DNA of 64,000 nucleotides from Candidatus Entotheonellaceae bacterium (lineage in GTDB: Bacteria > Tectomicrobia > Entotheonellia > Entotheonellales > Entotheonellaceae), in NCBI GenBank assembly GCA_965238075.1, contig OZ250173.1, positions 1,568,001 to 1,632,000 of the forward strand. The letters run 5' to 3'. Below the pieces are notes generated by a model, which saw only the letters and a list, made by a program, of their open reading frames with translations, made no database searches and was not told the DNA's origin. Positions 37,918 to 47,970 of the stretch are shown here, piece by piece. Each line of letters opens with the position of its first letter. The stretch's first letter is position 1. A program made the translations under genes and the position numbers.

Positions 37918-40389
37918 ATGAGCAGCGAGGTCTATACCCCCGCAGAGATCGAAGGCAAGTGGCGGCGGCGTTGGGAAGAAAGCGGCGTGCACCGCGTGTG
38001 CGACGATGACCCGCGGCCCAAGTATTACTGCCTGGATATGTTTCCGTACCCGTCCGGCTCGGGGTTGCACGTCGGGCACTGGCGCGGCTACGTGCTGTCC
38101 GACGTCTGGACCCGCTACAAAACACTGCAAGGCTACTCCGTGCTGCATCCCATGGGGTGGGACGCCTTCGGGTTGCCGGCCGAGAACGACGCGATCAAAA
38201 AGGGGGTACACCCACGCCTTGGCACCGACCAGAACATCAAGACCTTCCGCCGCCAACTCGACGAAATCGGCGCCATGTACGACTGGTCGCGCGAGATCGA
38301 CACCACCGATCCGACCTATTACCGCTGGACGCAGTGGATCTTCCTGCAGATGCACGAGCGCGGCCTGGCCTACAAAGCCTCCATGCCGATCAATTGGTGC
38401 CCTAGCTGCAAGTGCGGCCTGGCCAACGAGGAAGTGGTGGACGGCGCCTGCGAGCGCTGCGGCACGCTGGTGACGGAGAAGGAGATGCGCCAGTGGATGC
38501 TGCGCATCACGCATTACGCCGAACGCCTGCTGCGCGATCTCGACAAGCTCGACTGGCCGGAGAAAGTCAAGACGATGCAGGCCAACTGGATCGGCCGCAG
38601 CGAGGGCGCCACCATCCGGTTCACGGCCGTATCGGCGCAGGACGGCAGCGAGCACGAGTTGCCGGTCTTCACCACCCGTCCCGATACCCTCTTCGGCGCC
38701 ACCTACATGGTGCTGGCCCCCGAGCATCCGCTCGTCCACACCCTATGTGCGCCGGAGCGGGCCAAGGCCGTCAAGCAATACATCGACAAGACCCGCCAGC
38801 AGAGCGACGTCGAGCGTACCAACGCGAAGCAGGACAAGACCGGCGTCGATCTCGGCGCCGTCGCCATCAACCCGGTCAACAGCGCCCGCATCCCTATCTG
38901 GATCGCCGATTACGTCCTCATGGGCTACGGCACCGGCGCCATCATGGCGGTGCCGGCGCACGACGAGCGAGATTTCGAGTTTGCTACCGTCTTCGGCCTG
39001 CTGATTATCGAGGTAATCGCCCACCCGGATAGCCCGAAGGATGCCGTCGGCCAACTGACCGAGGCCTACGTCGGCCCCGGCAACATGGTCAACTCGGGCG
39101 AATTCGACGGCCTGCCGTGGGAGGAAGGCAAGCGCCGCGTGGTGGACTGGCTCGCCGAGCGCGGCCAAGCCGAGGCGACGGTCAACTACCGCATGCGCGA
39201 CTGGATCTTCTCCCGCCAGCGCTACTGGGGCGAGCCGATCCCGATCATCCACTGCGACGCCTGCGGCGAGGTGCGGGTGCCCGAGGCCGACCTGCCGGTG
39301 CTGCTGCCGCACGTCGAGCGCTACGAGCCGACCGGAACCGGCGATTCGCCCCTGGCGGCGATCGCCGAATGGCTGCAGGTGGCATGCCCCACCTGCGGCG
39401 GCCCGGCAACCCGCGAAACCGACACCATGCCGCAATGGGCCGGCTCCTGCTGGTACTTCCTGCGCTACGCCTCGCCGGACTGCGACACCGCCCTGGTGGC
39501 CCCCGATGCGGTACGCGACTGGCTGCCGGTCGATCTGTACGTCGGCGGCATCGAGCACGCCATCCTGCACCTGCTGTACGCCCGCTTCTTCGTCAAGTTC
39601 CTCCACGACATCGACGCCGTCCCGTTCGACGAGCCGTTCGCCCGCCTGTTCAATCAGGGCATGATCGTGCGACGCTCCGAAATCACCGGCAAGCTGGAGA
39701 AGATGTCCAAATCCAAGGGCAACGTGGTCAATCCCGACGATCTGGTCGGCAGTTACGGCACCGATTCGGTACGCCTCTACGAACTGTTCATCGGGCCGCC
39801 GGAGGAGAGCTCGGAGTGGAGCGACAGGGGCATCGAGGGGATGTACCGCTTCCTGCGCCGCGCCTGGAACTGGGTGCTGGGCGCGGCGCCGGATGCCGCC
39901 GGCACAATCGCCTCCGAGGTCGCGCAGCCGCTGCACATCATGCTCAAAAACGTCGGCGAGCGGCTGGAGAGTTTCCGCTTCAATACCGCCATCAGCGCCA
40001 TGATGGAGTTTCTCAACGCCGTCACCAAGCCGGAGGTCGCCGACAAGCCCATCGGGCGCGACACCCTGCGAGCCTTTCTGATCGCCCTGGCGCCGTTCGC
40101 GCCGCACACGGCGGAGGAGCTATGGGAGCGGCTTGGCGAGGATGGCAGCATTTTCCGGCAGCGCTTTCCCGCCTACGACGAAGCGCTGACGCAAGTGAGC
40201 GAGACGGTGCTCGCGGTGCAGATCAACGGCAAGGTACGCGGCACCGTTACCGTGGCGACCGACAGCCTCGAGGCGGCCGTGCAGGAAGCCGCCCTGGCGG
40301 ACGCCAGGCTGCAGCGGCACGTCGCCGACAAGTCGATCGTCAAGACCATTTTCGTGCCGAACCGCATCCTCAATCTCATCGTGCGGTAG
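37918..40389 (+). CDS. leuS: Leucine--tRNA ligase
   Basis: MFPYPSG.GLHVGH, GWDAFGLPAEN, FTTRPDT, GTGAIMAVPAHD, SRQRYWG, KMSKS. Confidence 0.98.
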   Translation: MSSEVYTPAEIEGKWRRRWEESGVHRVCDDDPRPKYYCLDMFPYPSGSGLHVGHWRGYVLSDVWTRYKTLQGYSVLHPMGWDAFGLPAENDAIKKGVHPRLGTDQNIKTFRRQLDEIGAMYDWSREIDTTDPTYYRWTQWIFLQMHERGLAYKASMPINWCPSCKCGLANEEVVDGACERCGTLVTEKEMRQWMLRITHYAERLLRDLDKLDWPEKVKTMQANWIGRSEGATIRFTAVSAQDGSEHELPVFTTRPDTLFGATYMVLAPEHPLVHTLCAPERAKAVKQYIDKTRQQSDVERTNAKQDKTGVDLGAVAINPVNSARIPIWIADYVLMGYGTGAIMAVPAHDERDFEFATVFGLLIIEVIAHPDSPKDAVGQLTEAYVGPGNMVNSGEFDGLPWEEGKRRVVDWLAERGQAEATVNYRMRDWIFSRQRYWGEPIPIIHCDACGEVRVPEADLPVLLPHVERYEPTGTGDSPLAAIAEWLQVACPTCGGPATRETDTMPQWAGSCWYFLRYASPDCDTALVAPDAVRDWLPVDLYVGGIEHAILHLLYARFFVKFLHDIDAVPFDEPFARLFNQGMIVRRSEITGKLEKMSKSKGNVVNPDDLVGSYGTDSVRLYELFIGPPEESSEWSDRGIEGMYRFLRRAWNWVLGAAPDAAGTIASEVAQPLHIMLKNVGERLESFRFNTAISAMMEFLNAVTKPEVADKPIGRDTLRAFLIALAPFAPHTAEELWERLGEDGSIFRQRFPAYDEALTQVSETVLAVQINGKVRGTVTVATDSLEAAVQEAALADARLQRHVADKSIVKTIFVPNRILNLIVR

Positions 40390-40446
40390 TCTTCGCGGGC
40401 CTATTTTCAAGAAAACTCCACAGAGGAGCGTCGGATTACGCTTCGC

Positions 40447-40648
40447 TAGAGCATTTCCGCATCGGATTGCAACGAAAGCCATCAGGGACCTAAAGCCCCC
40501 TCTCCCTAGCCCTCCCCCGCGGAGGGGGGAGGGGAACCCAAAGTAACCCGCCAACGCAAAGGGGTTTACTCCCTCTCCCTTGGTGGGAGAGGGTTGGGGT
40601 GAGGGGGAAGCGCCGGCTATCAAGCCATTTTGATCCGGAAGTGCTTTA
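40447..40648 (-). mobile_element. MITE (~200 bp) inserted in a REP palindrome
   Basis: gtcggattacgcttcgc-TA[gagcatttccgcatc...gatccggaagtgctt]TA-atccgacctac; reverse-orientation homolog of 16584-16776. Confidence 0.85.
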
Positions 40649-40667
40649 ATCCGACCTACATCCAATC

Positions 40668-41708
40668 ATGATGGTTCGTGAGCTCGGGGAATTTGCGCTG
40701 CTGGCGCGCTTGCAGCGGCGTCTGAAGCAGGCCGATGCGACGCCGGTCGTGCGCGGCATTGGCGACGACTGCGCGGTGCTGCGCCCCACCGACGGGCACG
40801 ACCTGCTGGTCACGACGGACACCCAGGAAGAGGGCGTGCACTTTCGACGCGACTGGTCAACGCCGGAGGATATCGGCTGGCGCTGTCTGGCGGTTAACGT
40901 CAGCGACATCGCGGCTATGGGTGGTGTGCCGTTGGGGGCGGTTGTCGCACTGTCGCTGCCGGAAACGCTGGCGGTGGCGTTCGTCGAGGCCCTGTACGAC
41001 GGCATGAACGACTTGGCCGAGGCTTACGACTGCCCGATCATCGGCGGCAACATCAGCAAGTCCGCCGAACGGCTGTCGGTGACCATCACCGTGCTTGGCT
41101 CGACACCGCAGGGCACCGCCGCGTTCCGAGCCTCGGCCCGCGCCGGCGATGCCATCTGGGCGACCGGCCACCTCGGCGGCGCCAAGGCCGGGCTGGAAGC
41201 CCTGATCCATCCGCAAGCAGTAGCCGGATTGCCCACTGACGCGGTGCTGTCTCGTTACCGGCGTCCCCTCCCCCGGTTGCAGGAAGCACTGTATCTGTGC
41301 CAGCATGGCGTGCACAGTCTGATCGATCTCAGCGACGGCTTGTCGAGCGACTTGGCGCACATTTGCGAGGCTAGCGGCGTGGGCGCACAACTCTACGCCG
41401 AACGCATCCCGGTCAGCGATGAAACCCGCCGGGTGGCCCGCGCCCTCGGCCTGGACGCCCTCACGATGGCCCTGCACGGCGGCGAGGATTTCGAGTTGTG
41501 CCTGACGGCACCACCCGACGCCGCGGCGCCGTTGGAACAAGGCTTCCGCGGCCAATTCGACTGTTTGCTGACCCGTATCGGCACCATCCAGGCCGGCGCC
41601 GGCGTGACGCTCCGCCACCCGGACGGCAGCCAGGAGTCCCTGGCCGCCGGCGGTTACGATCATTTCCGACCATCCCAACCCGACGCGAGGAATGCAACCC
41701 AGCCATGA
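40668..41708 (+). CDS. thiL: Thiamine-monophosphate kinase
   Basis: GEF.L, GIGDDCAV, EGVHF, VNVSDIAAMGG, IDLSDGL, GGEDFEL, GYDHF. Confidence 0.95.
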   Translation: MMVRELGEFALLARLQRRLKQADATPVVRGIGDDCAVLRPTDGHDLLVTTDTQEEGVHFRRDWSTPEDIGWRCLAVNVSDIAAMGGVPLGAVVALSLPETLAVAFVEALYDGMNDLAEAYDCPIIGGNISKSAERLSVTITVLGSTPQGTAAFRASARAGDAIWATGHLGGAKAGLEALIHPQAVAGLPTDAVLSRYRRPLPRLQEALYLCQHGVHSLIDLSDGLSSDLAHICEASGVGAQLYAERIPVSDETRRVARALGLDALTMALHGGEDFELCLTAPPDAAAPLEQGFRGQFDCLLTRIGTIQAGAGVTLRHPDGSQESLAAGGYDHFRPSQPDARNATQP

Positions 41709-43156
41709 ACGCCCATCACGTACCCCTGGAACGCATCGACAGTCACCGCTGGCGTATCCCGCGTCACGGCGGCATGAACGTGGACGGCCTAGTGTTCGCC
41801 AGCGATGCCATGATGCAAACCATCCGCGGCGACCAGAGCCTGCAGCAGGTGGTCAACGTCGCGCATCTGCCGGGCATCGTCGGGCACTCCATCGCCATGC
41901 CGGACATCCACTGGGGCTACGGGTTTCCCATCGGCGGGGTGGCGGCGTTCGACGTCCGCGACGGCGTCATTTCGCCCGGCGGCATCGGCTACGACATCAA
42001 TTGCGGCGTGCGGCTGCTGGGCTCAGGTCTGAGCCGACAAGACGTGCAGGGCCGCATGCGCGAGGTGGCTGAGGGCCTATTTCGCAACATCCCTTCCGGC
42101 GTTGGGGCGCGCCAGCAGGCGGTGCGTCTGTCGCACGCCGATCTGCAGGGCGTGCTCAAACGCGGTGCCGGCTGGGCGGTGTCGCAGGGCTACGGCACAC
42201 CGCGCGACCTGGAGCACACCGAAGAGAACGGCTGTTTGGCAGAAGCCGAGCCGCAATACGTCAGTCAGCGCGCCCTTGAGCGCGGACGCCCGCAGCTCGG
42301 CAGCATCGGTTCGGGCAACCACTTTGTGGAAGTCGATTACGTCGCCGAGGTCTACGACGAACAGGTGGCCGGCGCCCTGGGATTGTTCAAGGACCAGCTC
42401 GCCATCACCATCCACACCGGCTCGCGCGGACTGGGCTATCAGGTGTGTGACGACTTCATCAAGACCATGCAGCGTACCGCGCAGCAATACGGTATCGCCA
42501 TCCCGGATCGGCAGTTGTGCTGCGCCCCCCTGAAGTCCCCGCCGGCGCGCGAATACATCGGCGCCATGTACAGCGCCGCCAATTTTGCCTTCGCCAACCG
42601 ACAGCTCATCACCCACACGGTGCGCCAGACCTTTGCCGAGGTGCTGCAACGCTCGGCGCCGGACCTGCGGATCGAGGTGATCTACGACGTGTGCCACAAC
42701 ATCGGCAAGTTCGAGACGCACACTGTTAACGGGCAGGCGCGCCGCTTGTGCGTGCACCGCAAAGGCGCCACCCGCGCCTTGGCGCCGGGGCATCCGCAGT
42801 TGCCGGCGGTGTATCGCGATCTGGGCCAGCCAGTGCTCATTCCGGGCGACATGGGCCGATACTCCTACGTGCTGATCGGCACCCAACAGGGCGGCGAGGA
42901 GACGTTTGCCAGCAGTTGCCACGGCGCCGGCCGCCTCATGAGCCGTACGCAGGCGAAGAAAAGAGCGCGCGGACGGCCCATCGTGCAGGAACTGGAGGCC
43001 CAGGGTATTTACGTGCGCTCGGCCGGACGCGCCACCCTGATGGAGGAAATCCCGGAAGCCTACAAGGACGTTCGGGATGTGGTGGACATCGTGCACGGCG
43101 CCGGCATCAGCCGGAAAGTCGTGCAGTTGCGGCCTCTCGGCGTGATCAAGGGCTAG
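41705..43156 (+). CDS. rtcB: RtcB RNA ligase (archaeal/eukaryotic-like long form)
   Basis: MPDIHWGYGFPIGG, PGGIGYDINCG, GSGNHF, HTGSRG, HRKGATRA, PGDMG, SCHGAGR, EE.PEAYKDV; ATGA overlap with thiL. Confidence 0.95.
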   Translation: MNAHHVPLERIDSHRWRIPRHGGMNVDGLVFASDAMMQTIRGDQSLQQVVNVAHLPGIVGHSIAMPDIHWGYGFPIGGVAAFDVRDGVISPGGIGYDINCGVRLLGSGLSRQDVQGRMREVAEGLFRNIPSGVGARQQAVRLSHADLQGVLKRGAGWAVSQGYGTPRDLEHTEENGCLAEAEPQYVSQRALERGRPQLGSIGSGNHFVEVDYVAEVYDEQVAGALGLFKDQLAITIHTGSRGLGYQVCDDFIKTMQRTAQQYGIAIPDRQLCCAPLKSPPAREYIGAMYSAANFAFANRQLITHTVRQTFAEVLQRSAPDLRIEVIYDVCHNIGKFETHTVNGQARRLCVHRKGATRALAPGHPQLPAVYRDLGQPVLIPGDMGRYSYVLIGTQQGGEETFASSCHGAGRLMSRTQAKKRARGRPIVQELEAQGIYVRSAGRATLMEEIPEAYKDVRDVVDIVHGAGISRKVVQLRPLGVIKG

Positions 43157-43341
43157 GGCACTTTCGGATCAAGACGGCTTGCAGCGTGTCTCATTTCGGC
43201 TTTCCCCCTCACCCCAACCCTCTCCCACCAGGGGAGAGGGAGCAAACCCTCTCGACGTCGCCCGGGCAGTTGATCCAGGTATGCGGGCGGTACCTCGGTC
43301 GTCTCGCGGCCGCTCGGAAATCCCCACTTGGTGCCAAAAAG

Positions 43342-43825
43342 CGGCGTTATCAACCCAATCAGCTTGCCGTGGTGGTGCCTGGCAAGCCGCATGGCTTCGG
43401 CAATGTCGCTGTCGTTGCTGACCACAACCGCGCAGTCGTAGACGTCCAGCCAACTGTCGTTCAGGAGATGCACGGCGAGATTGACGTCCGAGCCTTTTTC
43501 CTCGGTCTTGATCACCTGTGCCGCGTGCTGGTTCCCGGCCACGCGAGCGGCATTCGGACCGGATGGCTCAGAAAATACCCGAAATACGCCTCGACCTCGG
43601 GCCGATAGTGGCGTAGCGCGCGAAGATACACGTCTTGCCGTTGAGGCTTCGACTGCTCAGCGGGCGTGCTTGACACTCTCGCCGTGAAGTACTTGACGGT
43701 CAGGATGTCGTGGTGGGGTTGCAGGACTTTCGCGAACAGGGCAGGCAGGTCCAGCCATTCCGGGCGGTTCCCTTGAGCGCTCCGTCGTAGAGATTGAACC
43801 CGTCTACATAGATGAAGGTGCGCAT
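43342..43825 (-). pseudogene. NYN/LabA-DUF88 (PIN-like RNase) pseudogene
   Basis: MRTFIYVDGFNLY / WLDL..VKYFTARV..RQ.VYLRAL / EEKGSDVNLAVHLLND..VVSNDSD over three frames; 3' end lost after IGLITP. Confidence 0.85.
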
Positions 43826-43836
43826 CAATCCCCGCC

Positions 43837-43898
43837 AAAAAAGCAGGGACCTCCGAAAAGAGGCCCCGCGCCCTGCGGTCGAAACCGCAAGGGGTGTT
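43837..43898 (-). ncRNA. Candidate structured leader/small RNA upstream of the NYN gene
   Basis: Sense strand: CCCUUGCGGU-UUCG-ACCGCAGGG, then GCGGGGCCUCU-UUUC-GGAGGUCCCUGC, then U6, 11 nt before the ATG. Confidence 0.5.
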
Positions 43899-44081
43899 GC
43901 CAATAATCTAGACGATGTAAGCGATCAAGGTTAAGTGAGCGTAGCGCACCTTCGATTGGCGCTAAACGGGCCCACCTTGTTTTCATTCTCCAGCCCAGCA
44001 GGCGTCCACGACCATCGAGGGAGGGGCTTTAGGGCCGATATCTCAACCGGTGCAATCGGATACGGGAATGATCCAGGCAGG

Positions 44082-44975
44082 TTACGATGCAGCCACACCG
44101 CTCGCCACCGGCTCGCGCAGACCGGCGAACAGGTCCCATTCGGGGCTGCTGTGGGGTACGTGCGACGCCACGCAGACGAAGCATTCGTGGGCGAATTTGT
44201 CGCGCTGCACCTCGGGCGGGATGCGCCTGAACCACCAATCCGGCGCGATCTGGCTGCGGTGGCAGCGCAGCGCCTCCATCTTGAGCGCGAGATAATCGCG
44301 CACCTCGATACGCGTCGTGATGTCTTCGTCCGCTGTGCCGCCCACCTTCTGCGGGTCGAAATCCGGCCGGTCCATCGGTGACTCGACGCCCATCGAGCGC
44401 ATAACCTCGTAGCGCATCAGGATGTAGGAGCGCGGGTAAGACGTGTAATAGAGCTTCTGCGGCTGCCACGGCGCCAGCCCGTCCTCGGAGTATTGCGCGG
44501 GGTCCCCGGCAGCATGAAAGGCCGCGACGGTCGCGCGGTTGACTTGAATGTGATCCGGGTGGCCGTAGCCGCCGTTTTCGTTGTAGCAGGTCACCACGTG
44601 CGGGCGGCACTGCCGCATCAGGCGCACCAGCCGTCCGGTTGCCTCATGCAGGTCGGCCTGGTGGAAACAGTCGGGGTGGTTGTTGGCCGGCGTTCCGGCC
44701 ATGCCGGAATCGCGGTAATTGAGCAGGTGCGACTCCCCGATCTGCAAGTGTTGGCACGCCTTTTCGAGTTCCGCCACGCGCACGTCGGCGAGTTTCGGCC
44801 GCACCTCGTCGGGGTCCATTTCCGGATCCACGATCTCGCCCTCCTCGCCCCGTGTGGCGGTGACCAGGATGGTGTGTACGCCCTCCTCGCGGTAGCGCGC
44901 CAGGCTGCCGCCGGTACTCATGCATTCGTCGTCCGGATGGGCATGCACCGCCATCAGGGTCAGTCGTTCGGTCAT
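44082..44975 (-). CDS. PIG-L family deacetylase/amidase, MshB/Mca-like
   Basis: VHAHPDDE, T.GEEGEI, YRDSGM, NGGYGHPDHI, ALRCHRSQ. Confidence 0.85.
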   Translation of the reverse strand: MTERLTLMAVHAHPDDECMSTGGSLARYREEGVHTILVTATRGEEGEIVDPEMDPDEVRPKLADVRVAELEKACQHLQIGESHLLNYRDSGMAGTPANNHPDCFHQADLHEATGRLVRLMRQCRPHVVTCYNENGGYGHPDHIQVNRATVAAFHAAGDPAQYSEDGLAPWQPQKLYYTSYPRSYILMRYEVMRSMGVESPMDRPDFDPQKVGGTADEDITTRIEVRDYLALKMEALRCHRSQIAPDWWFRRIPPEVQRDKFAHECFVCVASHVPHSSPEWDLFAGLREPVASGVAAS

Positions 44976-45148
44976 TCATTCTCTCCTTGAACTAGGGTCG
45001 TTTCCAAGCGGGGGATTAGGGTTGGAAGTTTAACAGGTCCGTCGAAAAAATGCGCCCGGCGTTCCCTTTCACAGGCGGGTTGAGTACAATAGCCGCGGCC
45101 AAAAAAGGCCATCGGCGCAATCATCGACAGGACGGAACCCCGCACGCC

Positions 45149-45712
45149 ATGGAACACGTTCTCCTGCTCAACGCCTCGTTCGAACCCCTGCGCATTGTGA
45201 ACTGGAAACGCGCGCTGACGCTTTATTTCGCCGGCAAGGCGGAGATCGTCGAGGAGTACGCCCGCGAGATCCACAGCGTTACCCTCACCCTGCGCCTGCC
45301 GGCGGTTATCCGGCTGCACAAGCTGGTGCGCGCCCGGCCGCGCGGCGTCAAGTTTTCCCGCCAGAACATCTACGCCCGCGATCACTACGCCTGCCAGTAC
45401 TGCGGCGCCATGCCGCCGCCGAGCGAGTTGACCTACGACCACGTGCTGCCGCGCGTGCTCGGCGGCCTCACCGAGTGGACGAACATCGTGACCTGCTGTC
45501 TGGCCTGCAACCGCCGCAAGGGCGGCAAGACCCTGCAGAGCTGCGGCCTGCGCCTGAAGCGGCTGCCCCGCAAGCCCGCCTGGCAGCCCCACGTCACCAT
45601 GGCGGCGAGCCTGCGCAATCCGCCTGAGAGCTGGCATGACTACCTGAAGTGGTACGCCGCCTCCGAAAGAGACGCGCCGGCGGCCTCTCAAGCAGTTCTC
45701 GGGGCATCCTGA
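45149..45712 (+). CDS. HNH endonuclease (McrA-like)
   Basis: VLLLNASFEPL, FSRQNIYARD..CQYCG, TYDHVLPR..GG..W.N.V.CC..CN..KG. Confidence 0.9.
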   Translation: MEHVLLLNASFEPLRIVNWKRALTLYFAGKAEIVEEYAREIHSVTLTLRLPAVIRLHKLVRARPRGVKFSRQNIYARDHYACQYCGAMPPPSELTYDHVLPRVLGGLTEWTNIVTCCLACNRRKGGKTLQSCGLRLKRLPRKPAWQPHVTMAASLRNPPESWHDYLKWYAASERDAPAASQAVLGAS

Positions 45713-45738
45713 CGACAACTGATTTTGCAACCGCGTTC

Positions 45739-45768
45739 TTGACAAAAGAGGCCCCGCCCGTTTATCGT
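45739..45768 (+). promoter_or_regulatory. Sigma70-type promoter of groESL
   Basis: TTGACA-N18-TATCGT directly upstream of CIRCE. Confidence 0.6.
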
Positions 45769-45795
45769 TTGGCACTCAACTTCCTAGAGTGCTAA
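45769..45795. promoter_or_regulatory. CIRCE element (HrcA operator)
   Basis: TTGGCACTC-N9-GAGTGCTAA, one mismatch to consensus. Confidence 0.93.
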
Positions 45796-45921
45796 TAATC
45801 GCAAACGTAACATACGCGGTCTCGGCTACCTCGTTTCCGCAGGGCGCCAGCCCTGTGCAGGAAGCGATGGCACGCCGCTTACCACTGCCTCAAACACGAA
45901 GAGAAGAGGAGAGCTTTAGTT

Positions 45922-47876
<1,955 letters not shown>

Positions 47877-47898
47877 CCCTAAGCCATCGTGCCAGGAG

Positions 47899-47931
47899 AA
47901 GGGAGGGGCGGTTCAGCCGTCCCTCCCTTTT
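47899..47931 (+). terminator. Hairpin/intrinsic terminator after groEL
   Basis: aagggaggggcgg-ttcag-ccgtccctccctttt; short T tract. Confidence 0.6.
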
Positions 47932-47970
47932 CGCCCTCCGCAAGGCTGTCCACCCACAGGAGAGCGTCCC

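Larger units (their letters stand above)
43153..44076 (+). mobile_element. Split MITE (left half 43153-43243, right half 44017-44076) enclosing a NYN cassette
   Basis: Left ctagggcactttcggatcaagacggcttgca.. and right ..tgcaatcggatacgggaatgatccag match the two ends of 16584-16776 in the same orientation. Confidence 0.7.

Noticed and set aside
45149-45712. HNH protein as a Cas9/IscB-like or homing nuclease
   Set aside because: Small stand-alone McrA-like HNH with no RuvC motifs, array or intron context.
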